NCBI GenBank assembly: GCA_020429915.1
Contig: JAGQKV010000006.1
Location: 5,458-69,457 of the forward strand
Reading direction: 5' to 3'
Length of the DNA stretch: 64,000 nucleotides
Source of the DNA: Candidatus Omnitrophota bacterium
Lineage (GTDB): Bacteria > Omnitrophota > Gorgyraeia > Zapsychrales > Zapsychraceae
Shown here: in pieces, positions 35,083-45,458 of the stretch
How positions within the stretch are numbered: the first letter of the stretch is position 1
Layout: every line of letters starts with the position of its first letter
Notes under the pieces: model-generated
Databases searched by the model: none
What the model was told of the DNA's origin: nothing
The model's input: the letters and a program-made list of their open reading frames with translations, nothing else
Program-made: the position numbers and the translations under genes

Positions 35083-37809
35083 ATGAGCCACCCTTTATAC
35101 ACATATCTTGATGACGCGATGACCTTCACATCGGCATCCGCGGCGCGCTGCCGTACACTTTACTTTCCATTATGCGGACCGACGGAGAATCAGCTCAAGT
35201 GCGCCGTCAGCCCGTACCTTGCCGGAGATATCAAACTCGACAAATCAGCTTATGTGACGCCGCCGGTGTCCCGGGAGGATCTGCGCCGTCCGCTGCGAAA
35301 TGTCTTTGTCTCCGTCGACGGGGCCGTATGCGCCCTGGCCGATCCCTACGGCGATGCCTCGTTGTTGACCGTGACCGCCGGACAGTTGTGGCATCAGGTC
35401 ACCCGGATTTTTCCCGAGGCCGGTATATCGGTCTCCGTGGTGAACTTTTGTCCCGCCGGCGACGACTGTGTCGAATTGATGCGGGTCAATGTGCGCAATG
35501 ACTCTGATACCGCCAAGACCGTCACTCCGACCGTCGCTGTGCCGTTGTTCGCCCGGGCTCTTGAGAACAAACACGATCACGAGCATGTGACCAGTTTGTT
35601 GAACCGGATCGAACAGGTCGCCGAAGGCGTGCTGGTGAATCCGACGATGAAGTTTGACGAAACCGGACACCTTCCCAATGAACGCGTCTATTTCGTATAC
35701 GGCGTGGACGGCAAGGGAGCCCCGGTGGACGGATCGTTTCCGACTATTTCAGCGTTCTGCGGTGAACAAGGTGATTTCCACCGGCCCGCCGCGATTTACG
35801 CAGCCCGTGAACCGGTCGCGTTGCCCGAGGGGGAGCGCCACGGTCAGGAGGCCGTCGGTGCCCTGCGGTTTGCGCGGATATCACTGCCGCCGGGACAAAC
35901 CGGATCCTATCTCGTGGCCGTGGGGATTGCCTCCGATTACGACAATTCTGTAGAGATATTCAACCGCTACAAAACCCCTCAGCTCATCGATCAGGCCCTG
36001 GCCGACAACAAGACTTATTGGGCCGCCAAGACGGCTTCGATCACCGTCCACAGCGGCGATGCCGATTACGACGCGTGGATGCGCTGGGTTGTTCTGCAAC
36101 CGGTGCTGCGGCGGATCTTCGGCTGCTCATTTTTGCCGGACCATGATTACGGCAAGGGCGGCAAGGGCTGGCGCGATATCTGGCAGGACCTGTTGTCCCT
36201 GATTCTCATTGAGCCGGAACAAGTGCGTGACAACCTGATCAATAATTTCGGCGGAGTGCGCATTGACGGATCAAACGCCACGATTATCGGCGCCCGTCCC
36301 GGTGAATTTATCGCCGACCGTAACAAAATTTCGCGGGTATGGATGGACCACGGCGTGTGGCCGTTGCTGACGCTTTCTCTTTATATAGACCAGACCGGCG
36401 ACTATGATATTTTGCTCGAACAGCAACCCTACTTCCGTGATCATCAGCGGGCCCGGAACATGCGTCGTGACGGCGCGGATTATTCCGGAAGCGGGGAAGA
36501 GGCCGCATTCGAAGGTAACCGGCTGCGTGACCACGAAGGGACCGAATACCGGGGCACGCTCATCGAACACCTCCTGGTCCAGGCGCTGGTGCAATTCTAT
36601 AATGTCGGCGAACACAACATCATCCGTTTGGAGAACGCCGACTGGAACGACGGGCTGGATATGGCCTTTGAACGCGGTGAAAGTGTCGCGTTTGCCAGCC
36701 AGTATGGCGGTAATCTGCTGCGTCTGGCCACCCTTTTGGATGAACTTGCCGAGCGTAAGGGCCTGGAAGATATTTCCGTAGCCAGGGAACTGTTGCTGCT
36801 GCTGGACAATGTCAGCGATCCGGTCGACTATGACGACATCGAGGCCAAACAGGCGGTCCTGTTGAAGCACTATTTTCCCGCGGTGGAACCCTGCGTGTCG
36901 GGAAAAAAGGAAAATGTGACGGTGAAGGATGTCGTGAAAAATCTGCGGCACAAAGGGCAGTGGATATTCGATCACATCCGCCAGCAGGAAAAAATCTCCG
37001 TTGACGGCCATACCTGGTTTAACGGCTATTATGATAATCAGGGACAGCGGGTGGAAGGGAAGGTCGGCGGCGTGACCCGCATGACATTGACCGGTCAGGT
37101 CTTTCCGGTCATGAGCGGATTGGCTAAGGAGAATGACATAGTAAAGATCATCGCGGCCGTGGACAAGCATCTGCGTGATACCGCATTGGGAGGTTACCGG
37201 TTAAATACAGATTTTCAGCGGCCGCATTATCTCGACCTCGGCCGAGCCTTCGGTTTTGCTTACGGCACCAAGGAAAACGGGGCGTTCTTCAGTCATATGA
37301 TCGTAATGTACGCTTACGCGCTGTACCGGCAGGGCTTCGCGCGGGCGGGACACGCGGTGCTCGACTCGATTTTCCGGATGTGCCAGGATACCGATAAAAG
37401 TCTGATCTATCCCGGGGTTCCCGAGTATCTTGATTCCCTGGGAAGAGGTATGTACCATTACCTGACCGGATCGGCCAGCTGGCTGGTCCTGACTGTGTTG
37501 ACACAGGTCTACGGCGTCGCCGGAGAAGGCGGACGGCTGCGGTTGCGTCCGCAGCTGGTGAAGGCGCAGTTCGACGGTGACGGTTGCGCGATTGTGCGCT
37601 GTATGTTTGCCGGTAAAAGGATCTGTGTGACATATTCCAACCCGCAACATCTGGAATTCGGGGACTACCAGGTGACCGGGGCGGCGGTAAACGGAACGAA
37701 AGTGGCAGGTGCCGGGTTGCCCGCGCCTGCCGTGTGCATTGAACGGTCGGTTATCGCCAAGGCCGTGGCCGACGTACAGATCAACGTGTCCCTGGGGCCG
37801 CGGGGTTGA
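35083..37809 (+). CDS. Large (alpha/alpha)6-type glycoside phosphorylase/hydrolase, GH94-like (cellobiose/beta-glucan phosphorylase family)
   Basis: 908 aa. 'GWRDIWQDLL' and 'ENADWNDGLDM' resemble conserved GH94 active-site segments. No signal peptide. The family call is tentative. Confidence 0.5.
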   Translation: MSHPLYTYLDDAMTFTSASAARCRTLYFPLCGPTENQLKCAVSPYLAGDIKLDKSAYVTPPVSREDLRRPLRNVFVSVDGAVCALADPYGDASLLTVTAGQLWHQVTRIFPEAGISVSVVNFCPAGDDCVELMRVNVRNDSDTAKTVTPTVAVPLFARALENKHDHEHVTSLLNRIEQVAEGVLVNPTMKFDETGHLPNERVYFVYGVDGKGAPVDGSFPTISAFCGEQGDFHRPAAIYAAREPVALPEGERHGQEAVGALRFARISLPPGQTGSYLVAVGIASDYDNSVEIFNRYKTPQLIDQALADNKTYWAAKTASITVHSGDADYDAWMRWVVLQPVLRRIFGCSFLPDHDYGKGGKGWRDIWQDLLSLILIEPEQVRDNLINNFGGVRIDGSNATIIGARPGEFIADRNKISRVWMDHGVWPLLTLSLYIDQTGDYDILLEQQPYFRDHQRARNMRRDGADYSGSGEEAAFEGNRLRDHEGTEYRGTLIEHLLVQALVQFYNVGEHNIIRLENADWNDGLDMAFERGESVAFASQYGGNLLRLATLLDELAERKGLEDISVARELLLLLDNVSDPVDYDDIEAKQAVLLKHYFPAVEPCVSGKKENVTVKDVVKNLRHKGQWIFDHIRQQEKISVDGHTWFNGYYDNQGQRVEGKVGGVTRMTLTGQVFPVMSGLAKENDIVKIIAAVDKHLRDTALGGYRLNTDFQRPHYLDLGRAFGFAYGTKENGAFFSHMIVMYAYALYRQGFARAGHAVLDSIFRMCQDTDKSLIYPGVPEYLDSLGRGMYHYLTGSASWLVLTVLTQVYGVAGEGGRLRLRPQLVKAQFDGDGCAIVRCMFAGKRICVTYSNPQHLEFGDYQVTGAAVNGTKVAGAGLPAPAVCIERSVIAKAVADVQINVSLGPRG

Positions 37810-37885
37810 AAGGAAAGGTTTTGATTTTTTTCAGGCCCCGTGTTATACTCCTAACTTCATAAATTTCAATACCATTGGAGTCACT

Positions 37886-39190
37886 ATGAAAAAGATCATA
37901 GCGTTAGTTTTGCTCGTCGTGATGGCCGTGGTCGGATGCTTTTTTTGGGGCTGCGGAAAGAAACCGGTCAACACCAACGAGATCCTCATCTGGCACTGGA
38001 TGACCGACCGCCACCAAGCCTTCGAAACACTCGCCCAGCAATATTCAGAACAAACCGGCGTCGCCATCAAAATCCAGCTTTTCGCTCCTCCCGATACCTA
38101 CAGTCAACGCATCACCGCCTCCGCTCAAGCCAACACACTTCCCGACATCTTCGGTATTCTCGACAAGAAGGAAATTTTTGCCGACTTTATCAAGTACGGA
38201 CTGGTTGCCGATTTGACGGACGAGTACAAGAAGGATGACGGGGCGTGGGAACAGGCCATGTTTCCCAAGGCGCTGGAAGTCAACCGTTTTACCGCGGACA
38301 ATATCTACGATGTAAAGCCCGGAATTTACGGAGTGCCGATCGACGTTACCAACATTCAAATGCTCTACAACAAGGATTTATTGGAGAAGGCCGGGGTGAA
38401 GGAAGTGCCGCGGACTTTCGATCAATTTCTGGCGGCGGTCAAAAAGCTCAATAGCGTCGGTATATCCGGCCTGGTCTCCGGATGGGGCGAAATTTGGCTG
38501 GCCGACGCCTTCGCGTCCAATTACGCCTTTAACATCATGGGCGAACAGAAGATCATGGACACTTATCAAGGGAAGGTGCCCTACACCGATCCGGATTGGC
38601 TGAAAGTCTTCCGGGTCTTCAAAACTTTGAGCGAGGCGGGCGCCTTTGCCGAGGGGGTCGTGACCAAGCCCAACAAGGAAGCCGAACAGGACTTCGCGCT
38701 GGGCCGGGCGGCATTCGCTTATAACGGTTCATGGTGCGTTAACGTTTATCACGATATGAACCCGGATTTGAATTACAGCGCGATGCTGCCGCCGAAGATG
38801 AATCCGGATCGTCCGATGAAAATTTGGGGCGGGGCCGGGTCGTCGTTTGTGGTGAATGAGCAGTCTGCGAAGAAGGAACAGGCGATTGCCTTTTTGAAAT
38901 GGTTGTCCGCTGAAAAACAGCAGGCTTATCTCGCCAGGGAAACACGCAACCTGCCGGCGAACCGCAAGGCCCTTGCTGCGATTCCCGAGGTCCTGTCCGA
39001 TTTTGCCAAGGTCATGGACAACACCACCCACCCCACGATCTGGAAGTACAATGAACTTCCCAAGGTGACGGAGGCCTTCGACAAAGGTCTGCAGTCCATC
39101 GTCATCGGTGAGAAAACGCCGAAACAGGTGGCGGAAGAAGTGCAAAAGGTCAAGGAACGCGAAATGGAAAAACAACGCAACCGGCAGTAG
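37886..39190 (+). CDS. ABC transporter extracellular solute-binding lipoprotein (CUT1 sugar family)
   Basis: Start at the ATG at 37886 (MKKIIALVLLVVMAVVGC..). Lipobox signal. SBP family 1-like sequence ('ILIWHWMTDRHQAFETLAQQYSEQTGV'). Confidence 0.8.
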   Translation: MKKIIALVLLVVMAVVGCFFWGCGKKPVNTNEILIWHWMTDRHQAFETLAQQYSEQTGVAIKIQLFAPPDTYSQRITASAQANTLPDIFGILDKKEIFADFIKYGLVADLTDEYKKDDGAWEQAMFPKALEVNRFTADNIYDVKPGIYGVPIDVTNIQMLYNKDLLEKAGVKEVPRTFDQFLAAVKKLNSVGISGLVSGWGEIWLADAFASNYAFNIMGEQKIMDTYQGKVPYTDPDWLKVFRVFKTLSEAGAFAEGVVTKPNKEAEQDFALGRAAFAYNGSWCVNVYHDMNPDLNYSAMLPPKMNPDRPMKIWGGAGSSFVVNEQSAKKEQAIAFLKWLSAEKQQAYLARETRNLPANRKALAAIPEVLSDFAKVMDNTTHPTIWKYNELPKVTEAFDKGLQSIVIGEKTPKQVAEEVQKVKEREMEKQRNRQ

Positions 39191-39193
39191 ACT

Positions 39194-40111
39194 ATGGCTA
39201 AACGTCAAAAAATGAGTTCCATCAAACTCGCCGACATTTCGGAGAACTACCTGTTCATCCTGCCCGCCGTCATCATTTTCGCCATCTTTTACATCTATCC
39301 TTTTATCGATATCATCAATTTGTCCCTTCATGAATGGAAGGGGATCGGTCCGAAGGTGTTTGTCGGATTGCGCAATTTCAAGGAATTGATGTCCGACAAG
39401 ATTTGGTGGAAGTCGATCTGGAACGCGACCTACATCACCCTGTGGGCGCTGACCTTCCAAAACGTGCTGGCATTCATGCTCGCGTTGGCCTGCGACCGCG
39501 AAATCCGCTTCAAGAAGTTTTACCGGGTGGTGTTTTTTATCCCGCCGGTACTTTCGCAGGTGGTGGTCGGTTTGATCTGGCGGTGGATTCTCAACGCGGG
39601 CAAGCAGGACGGCCAGTACATCGGACTGCTGAATCATCTGCTCGACAGCATCGGGTTGCATCATCTGACCAATGATTGGTTGTCGGATCCGGCAACGGCG
39701 CTGACTTGTATCGCCATTGTGCATTGCTGGATGGGGTTCGGCTGGGGCTTCATCATGTTGCTGGCCGGTCTGCAGACCATCGACAAGCAGTTATACGAAG
39801 CGGCCAAAGTCGACGGTGCCAGCAGCTGGTCCACGTTCTGGAATGTGACCATTCCGATGATGGTACCCGTCATCCTGGTGGTTGTGATCCTGACCGTACT
39901 CGGATCGATGCAGGCCTTCATCCTTGTGCTGTCGATGGTCGGCCAGGGACTGGTGCATCACACCGATGTCCCCGTCACCCGGATATTGGGCGCGATGCAG
40001 GGGACCAAGGAGTTCGGCTACGCCTGCGCCATGGGTGTGAACTTCGCCATCATCCTGATCGCGGTCTCGGCCCTGATGAAGATGGGCTCGAATAAACTCA
40101 AACAAGCCTAG
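39194..40111 (+). CDS. ABC sugar transporter permease (MalF/UgpA-like)
   Basis: Six TM helices and an EAA-type loop 'YEAAKVDGASSWSTFWNVTIPM'. Confidence 0.85.
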   Translation: MAKRQKMSSIKLADISENYLFILPAVIIFAIFYIYPFIDIINLSLHEWKGIGPKVFVGLRNFKELMSDKIWWKSIWNATYITLWALTFQNVLAFMLALACDREIRFKKFYRVVFFIPPVLSQVVVGLIWRWILNAGKQDGQYIGLLNHLLDSIGLHHLTNDWLSDPATALTCIAIVHCWMGFGWGFIMLLAGLQTIDKQLYEAAKVDGASSWSTFWNVTIPMMVPVILVVVILTVLGSMQAFILVLSMVGQGLVHHTDVPVTRILGAMQGTKEFGYACAMGVNFAIILIAVSALMKMGSNKLKQA

Positions 40112-40140
40112 CGTTAAACGGATACAGGAGAAGCCCGGGA

Positions 40141-40980
40141 ATGAACGGATATATCATACGGCGAAACATGCGGTATTTCGTGTTACACCTTTTTCTTATG
40201 TCGGTGGCCGTCACCTGCCTGTTTCCCCTCTTTTACATGATCCGTTGTTCGGTCATGGACAATCAGACCATTTTTACCGACAAAGGTATTCTGCCCAGCG
40301 TGGTGAATTTCGGTAATTATGCCACGGCCTGGGTTGACGGAAATTTCGGGACGTTTTTCTTTAACAGTATGCTGTACACCACCAGCGTGGTGATCGGGAT
40401 CGTCGTGATTTCTTCCATGGCGGCTTATGCCTTCTCCCGGCTGAGCTTTCCCGGGCGTGACTGGTTTTACTACATGTTCGTGATCGCGATGATGATCCCG
40501 TTACCCGGGTCTTTCGTGCCGCTGTTCGTTTTGATGAACAAGCTGCATCTTACGAATACCAAGATCGGTTATATCCTGTGTATGATCAACGTGGGGCTGT
40601 CGTTGAGTGTCATCCTGCTCAAGACGTTCTTCGACAAAATGCCGTCGGACCTGGAAGATGCGGCACGCATCGACGGCTGCACCAAGTGGCAAATCTGGTG
40701 GAACGTCGCCCTGCCGTTGGCCCGTCCCGCGGTGGCCGTTATTGTCATCTTCAATGCCTTGAACGTCTGGAATGAGTTTATCCTGGCGCAATTACTATTA
40801 AGTGAAGAGGTCCATATGCCGTTGCAGGTGGGGCTCATGAAGTTCATCAACGTACATACCGTCAATTACCCCATCATGATGGCCGGACTGACCATCGCCG
40901 CTGTTCCGATCATCCTGTTGTACTTAGCCATGCAAAAACACATCATTAAGGGACTTTCATCAGGAGCTGTTGTAGGATGA
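40141..40980 (+). CDS. ABC sugar transporter permease (MalG/UgpE-like)
   Basis: 'EDAARIDGCTKWQIWWNVALPLARPAV' EAA motif and six TM helices. Confidence 0.85.
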   Translation: MNGYIIRRNMRYFVLHLFLMSVAVTCLFPLFYMIRCSVMDNQTIFTDKGILPSVVNFGNYATAWVDGNFGTFFFNSMLYTTSVVIGIVVISSMAAYAFSRLSFPGRDWFYYMFVIAMMIPLPGSFVPLFVLMNKLHLTNTKIGYILCMINVGLSLSVILLKTFFDKMPSDLEDAARIDGCTKWQIWWNVALPLARPAVAVIVIFNALNVWNEFILAQLLLSEEVHMPLQVGLMKFINVHTVNYPIMMAGLTIAAVPIILLYLAMQKHIIKGLSSGAVVG

Positions 40981-43310
40981 TTTCAAACGTATCTTTTCGT
41001 ACCTGGGCGCTCGCCGCGGCGGGCGTTGTATTCCTTTCTCTGTCAACCGCCATGCCGGCTGCAGCCGACGATTATGACACTGCCAAGGTTAAAGATCCGG
41101 TCGTCGACGAGGCTTGGGCCGCTTCCGCGCAACGGCAAAAGGAGAAACTCGACGAGTTGGTCTCCACCTGCCGAGAGAAGTTCGAGAAGAAGGCCGAGAA
41201 ACTGCAGGCCGGGCTCACCGAATTTCCCAAAGTTTCGGAACGGATCAAATACCAGCCACTGAACGATCTGGCTACCTGTCTCTTTATTGAAGCCGAATAC
41301 ACCATGAACTCCGGTAAGAAAGACGAGGCCATCGAGAAATTTGAGTTTATTCTGGATAACTTCAGCTGGGGCCAGGCGTGGGACGCGCGCACCGGGGCGT
41401 TTTGGTCTATTGCCGAAAAGAGCCAGGCTTCGATCGATGTGATGAAGGGGATCGAGCGCAAGGAGGAAACCGTAGATTTGGAAAATCTCCTGCGGACAGT
41501 CCCCAAAATGCACACACCGGGAACCGAGAAGATCGTGGACTACAAGAAATACGGCGAATTTCTTAACGTCGGCAAAGAAAACTATCACTACAGGATTAAG
41601 GACATCGATGGACTCAAGGCCGCCGTCGGCGAGGGAATATATCCCAATATCGGAGCGATCTATCAGAATCCCGGCTACAAGAAGGCCAAGAAAGAGGGCC
41701 GGCTCGAAGGAAGCCACTGGCCCTTCGTGAATTCGACCGACCTGGAGGCCGCGTACTTCAAGTGGTTTACCGCCCCGGAACCGTGGGGCGTGCGCATGTA
41801 TTACATCGGATTGATCTTCGAGAGGGCCGGCCTGTACTATGAGGCGCTACGGGCGTATCATTCGTTGCTCGTCCATTATCCCAAGACTATCGGTTACACC
41901 TACTGGGACACTCCCTGGTATCCGGCCCAGGCGGCCATTGCCAAGATCCGGCATATCCTGCGCACGCATCCGGAACTGAATCTCGAGGCGAAGTATATGA
42001 AGGTGGAGGTCCTCAAAGGATTCGACAACAATCCCAAGAATGACAAGATCCTCACCTGGCCCGGCAAGATCGTCAAGCGCGGGCTGGTCGAAAAGGTCGA
42101 CGAGCTGTTCCCGTGGAGCGAAAAGAAGGTCGAGCTTGATACCGTGGTGGAACGTAAAGGGGAAGGCAAGGTGCAAGTCGTTAAATACGACAACGGCCAT
42201 TGGCAGTTGATCGTGGAAGGCAAACCCTTCCTGATCAAGGGGATGACCTACGATCCGACCAAGGTCGGTCAGTCGCCCAACAAAGGCACGCTCGAAAACT
42301 GGATGGAAGAAGACACCAACGGCAACGGACTGGCCGACGGGCCTTTCGACTCATGGATCGACGTTAATCTCAACAATAAGCAGGACGAAGACGAGCCGGT
42401 TGTGGGTGACTTTCAGCTGATGAAGGAAATGGGGGTCAACGCCATCCGTTTCTATCATGTGCCCACCACACCGCACAAGGAAGTCCTGCGCAGACTGTAT
42501 GAAGAGTACGGGATCCGGGTCATCCTGGGCGACTTCCTCGGCAAGTACGCGGTCGGCTCCGGTGCCACCTGGCTGGAAGGGACCGATTACGAAAACGAGG
42601 AACATAAGGCCAAGATGATGGAGAACGTCAAGAAAATGGTCATGGAGCACAAGGATGAGCCGTATATCCTGATGTGGCTGCTGGGGAACGAAAACAACTA
42701 CGGCGTTGCCTGCAACGCCGATAAAAAGCCCGCGGCGTTCTTTAAGTTCGCCGACGAGGCTGCGCAATGGATCAAATCGGTCGACAAGGACCACCCGGTG
42801 GCGATCGCCAGCGGGGACACGCTTTATCTCGACATCTTTGCCGAGAATGCGCCCAACATCGACATATATGCCGCCAATGTGTACCGCGGTGACTACGGGT
42901 TCGGGTCATACTGGGAGCAGGTATACGACGCGACGAAAAACAGCAAACCGGCGTTCATTACGGAGTACGGAGCGCCGGCTTATGCCGGAAACATGACACT
43001 GGAGGAAGCGGAACAGGCCCAGGCCGATTATCATCGCGGGAACTGGTTGGATATCTACGATAACTCCGCCGGTCAACCCAACGGAGTCGGTAATGCGCTC
43101 GGTGGCGTTGCCTTTGAATTTCTGGACGAGTGGTGGAAGAACTACGAGCCCTTCCGTCACGACCGCAAGTCGGACACCGTCGGTCCGTTCCCCGGGGGGT
43201 ACTATTACGAGGAATGGTTCGGCCTCGTCGGACAGGGCAACGGCCAGCACAGTCCCTTCCTGCGTCAGCCGCGCAAGGCATACTATCAATACAAGGAATT
43301 ATGGAACTAA
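40977..43310 (+). CDS. Secreted GH2-like (TIM-barrel beta-glycosidase) protein with a novel N-terminal module
   Basis: Signal peptide. 'MWLLGNENNYG' (acid/base region, WxxGNE) and 'AFITEYGAPAYAG' (nucleophile ITEYG) are typical of GH2 beta-glucuronidase/mannosidase-type TIM barrels. The N-terminal ~150 aa are homologous to repeats in 43561-44415. Confidence 0.55.
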   Translation: MISNVSFRTWALAAAGVVFLSLSTAMPAAADDYDTAKVKDPVVDEAWAASAQRQKEKLDELVSTCREKFEKKAEKLQAGLTEFPKVSERIKYQPLNDLATCLFIEAEYTMNSGKKDEAIEKFEFILDNFSWGQAWDARTGAFWSIAEKSQASIDVMKGIERKEETVDLENLLRTVPKMHTPGTEKIVDYKKYGEFLNVGKENYHYRIKDIDGLKAAVGEGIYPNIGAIYQNPGYKKAKKEGRLEGSHWPFVNSTDLEAAYFKWFTAPEPWGVRMYYIGLIFERAGLYYEALRAYHSLLVHYPKTIGYTYWDTPWYPAQAAIAKIRHILRTHPELNLEAKYMKVEVLKGFDNNPKNDKILTWPGKIVKRGLVEKVDELFPWSEKKVELDTVVERKGEGKVQVVKYDNGHWQLIVEGKPFLIKGMTYDPTKVGQSPNKGTLENWMEEDTNGNGLADGPFDSWIDVNLNNKQDEDEPVVGDFQLMKEMGVNAIRFYHVPTTPHKEVLRRLYEEYGIRVILGDFLGKYAVGSGATWLEGTDYENEEHKAKMMENVKKMVMEHKDEPYILMWLLGNENNYGVACNADKKPAAFFKFADEAAQWIKSVDKDHPVAIASGDTLYLDIFAENAPNIDIYAANVYRGDYGFGSYWEQVYDATKNSKPAFITEYGAPAYAGNMTLEEAEQAQADYHRGNWLDIYDNSAGQPNGVGNALGGVAFEFLDEWWKNYEPFRHDRKSDTVGPFPGGYYYEEWFGLVGQGNGQHSPFLRQPRKAYYQYKELWN

Positions 43311-43384
43311 GCCCGGGATTTTTTGGGCCGGTCTTAAGTTCATAATATACAATATTTTACGATTTTTTGTCGACGACCGATTCG

Positions 43385-43413
43385 TTGGCAAAAAAAGGGA
43401 AATATTGTATACT
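43385..43413 (+). promoter_or_regulatory. Candidate sigma70 promoter for the repeat-protein gene
   Basis: TTGGCA(43385-43390)-N17-TATACT(43408-43413). A strong RBS AAGGAGG lies 8 nt before the ATG at 43561. Confidence 0.4.
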
Positions 43414-43560
43414 TATGTAACTTATTCACACGGTTCCACTTTCCCCAGCGCCGGACCGGTTCTGTTCCAGCCAAGTACGGTCACGGAATTTCATATTTGC
43501 CTGACATTACATAGAGCAGGACGGAGTTTAATTAGCATTATTTTTAAGGAGGAGAAGGTA

Positions 43561-44415
43561 ATGAAAAAGATGGTACTCGCACTCACGATTTTAACAGCGT
43601 CCCTGGGAATGATCCATCCCCCGCAGGCCATGGCCTACAATTTTGGTGATTTCCGTTCAGAGACCTTGACGACAAAGGCCTGGATGGCGCTGAAGGAAGG
43701 TGATATCGAAGCCGTACTCGCTTACACCAACAAATGTCTCGAGCTTTACGCCGAGCAGGCACAAAAGATGCAAGCCAGTCTCGAAGACTATCCGCAAGGC
43801 AGCAACGACGATATTTTTTCTTACTGGGCATTGAACGACATCTCGACATCGTTGTTTATCCAGGGAGAGGCCTACCGTCAAGCCGGGATGGAAGATGAAG
43901 CCAAGGAAGCCTTCATGAAGGTCGTCAACGACTACACGTACGGACAGGCGTGGGACCCGAAAGGATGGTTTTGGAAGCCGGCCGAGGCCTCCAAGGAAAA
44001 GTTGCTGATGATCGAAACGGGTTCCGATATCGACTTCGGCGACTATACCTCATCGTTTATGACAACGCAGGCATGGAAGGCCCTGAAGGACAACGACCTC
44101 GAATCTGTTTTGATCTACACCGACAAGGTGATCGCGCTGTACGGCGACAAGGCCGTGGAAATGCAAAACTCCCTGACGGAATACGCTTGGGAATCCAAAG
44201 ACAAGATCTTCAGCTACTGGGCCCTCAATGACGTAGGAACTTCGCTGTTCATCCGCGGGGAAGCTTACAAGAAGGCCGGCGAAACGGACAAGGCCCGTGA
44301 AGCCTACAAGTCCCTGGTCGATGACTTCTATTACTCACAATGCTGGGACCCGAACGGCTGGTTCTGGAAGCCGGCCGAAGCCGCTCAGCAAGCCCTTGAA
44401 GAATTAGAAGCGTAA
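43561..44415 (+). CDS. Secreted protein made of two tandem ~125-aa repeats of an undescribed module
   Basis: Start at 43561 (MKKMVLALTILTASLG signal peptide). The two repeats share 'F(S)YWALND..TSLFI.GEAY..AG..D.A.EA...V(V)D...Y.Q.WDP.GWFWKPAEA'. Confidence 0.6.
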   Translation: MKKMVLALTILTASLGMIHPPQAMAYNFGDFRSETLTTKAWMALKEGDIEAVLAYTNKCLELYAEQAQKMQASLEDYPQGSNDDIFSYWALNDISTSLFIQGEAYRQAGMEDEAKEAFMKVVNDYTYGQAWDPKGWFWKPAEASKEKLLMIETGSDIDFGDYTSSFMTTQAWKALKDNDLESVLIYTDKVIALYGDKAVEMQNSLTEYAWESKDKIFSYWALNDVGTSLFIRGEAYKKAGETDKAREAYKSLVDDFYYSQCWDPNGWFWKPAEAAQQALEELEA

Positions 44416-44563
44416 AACGCCCGTTTTTTCGCAATTATCTCAAAATTCTTCTTCCAATTTTTCTCCATCCCGATACAATAAAGTTCTGTATCGGGATGGA
44501 GAATCCCGAGTTTCTAATCGATCCCAACCGCAATCAATCCAATGTCAGGAAGGCAATGACACC

Positions 44564-45253
44564 ATGATGATCCGAGTTCTCATCCTGCTTCTGGCGGTCA
44601 GTCTGGCTGCCTGTGATTCCGCCCAAAGCCCGAAAATGCCCACTGTCGTCTCAAATAAGGCGCAGGCCGAGACGCCGCCGCAACCGGCCCAGCCGGCCAA
44701 ACCGGTGGTGGAGGAGGAGTCCCAAGAGTCCGATTTCAGACGGTTTTATGTTTATTCCGACAAGGGAGCCCGGGACAATCATTATGTTCCTTCAGGATTT
44801 ATGCCGGACGGCAAGTGCATTTCCTTCAATGACCGTTGGCAGGAAGAATGTCAGAACGGCAAGACCTGCATCAAGATCGTTTACGACATCGAGTGCTCCA
44901 AGGAGCATCAGGAATGGGCCGGCATCTATTGGTTGAATCCGGCCAACAACTGGGGCCGCCGCAAGGGCGGTTACAACCTGACCGGCGCCACTAAGCTGAC
45001 GTTTTGGGCCAAGGGAGAGATCGGCGGGGAACAGATCCAGGAATTCACCATCGGCGGCGTCGAAGGCGATTATCCCGATTCCGACAAAATCGTCATCGGT
45101 CCGGTCATCCTTTCCGACGAGTGGAAGCAATATTCGGTGGATCTGCAGGGTAAAGACCTGTCCTATATCAGCGGCGGATTTGCCTGGTCGACCGAGGTCG
45201 CAGTCAATCCCGAGTCGTGCGTGTTTTATCTCGACGAAATCAAATTTCAGTAA
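44564..45253 (+). CDS. Lipoprotein with a beta-sandwich (CBM/galactose-binding-like) C-terminal domain
   Basis: Lipobox 'LAAC', a Pro/Gln-rich linker, then ~150 aa with 'WAKGEIGG...FYLDEIKF' reminiscent of carbohydrate-binding modules. Confidence 0.5.
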   Translation: MMIRVLILLLAVSLAACDSAQSPKMPTVVSNKAQAETPPQPAQPAKPVVEEESQESDFRRFYVYSDKGARDNHYVPSGFMPDGKCISFNDRWQEECQNGKTCIKIVYDIECSKEHQEWAGIYWLNPANNWGRRKGGYNLTGATKLTFWAKGEIGGEQIQEFTIGGVEGDYPDSDKIVIGPVILSDEWKQYSVDLQGKDLSYISGGFAWSTEVAVNPESCVFYLDEIKFQ

Positions 45254-45294
45254 TCCGTTTGTGCGAACCGCGTCTGAACGCGGTTCCGCGCCGA

Positions 45295-45325
45295 AGACAG
45301 GCCGTTTCCGGCCTGTCTTTTTTTG
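45295..45325 (+). terminator. Rho-independent terminator
   Basis: AGACAGGCCG-tttc-CGGCCTGTCT followed by TTTTTTT. It is preceded by a second hairpin GAACCGCG-tctgaa-CGCGGTTC at 45265-45286. Confidence 0.7.
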
Positions 45326-45458
45326 TCCTGCCCGGTAAAAATCCTTCTGAGATAACCATTTAGAAAAAAATACCCGTCAAAAAAAAGGGGATTATTCTTG
45401 TTAATATATTAATACTTTGATATATTCAGTATTAAATTGTGTTAACAATAGAGGGGTT

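Noticed and set aside
37709-37885. N-terminal extension of the solute-binding protein ORF
   Set aside because: It overlaps the 3' end of the upstream GH94-like gene. A lipoprotein signal peptide starts at the ATG at 37886.
43311-43345. Terminator after the GH2-like gene
   Set aside because: Only a 4-bp GCCC/GGGC stem with a 10-nt loop precedes the T run, which is too weak to call.
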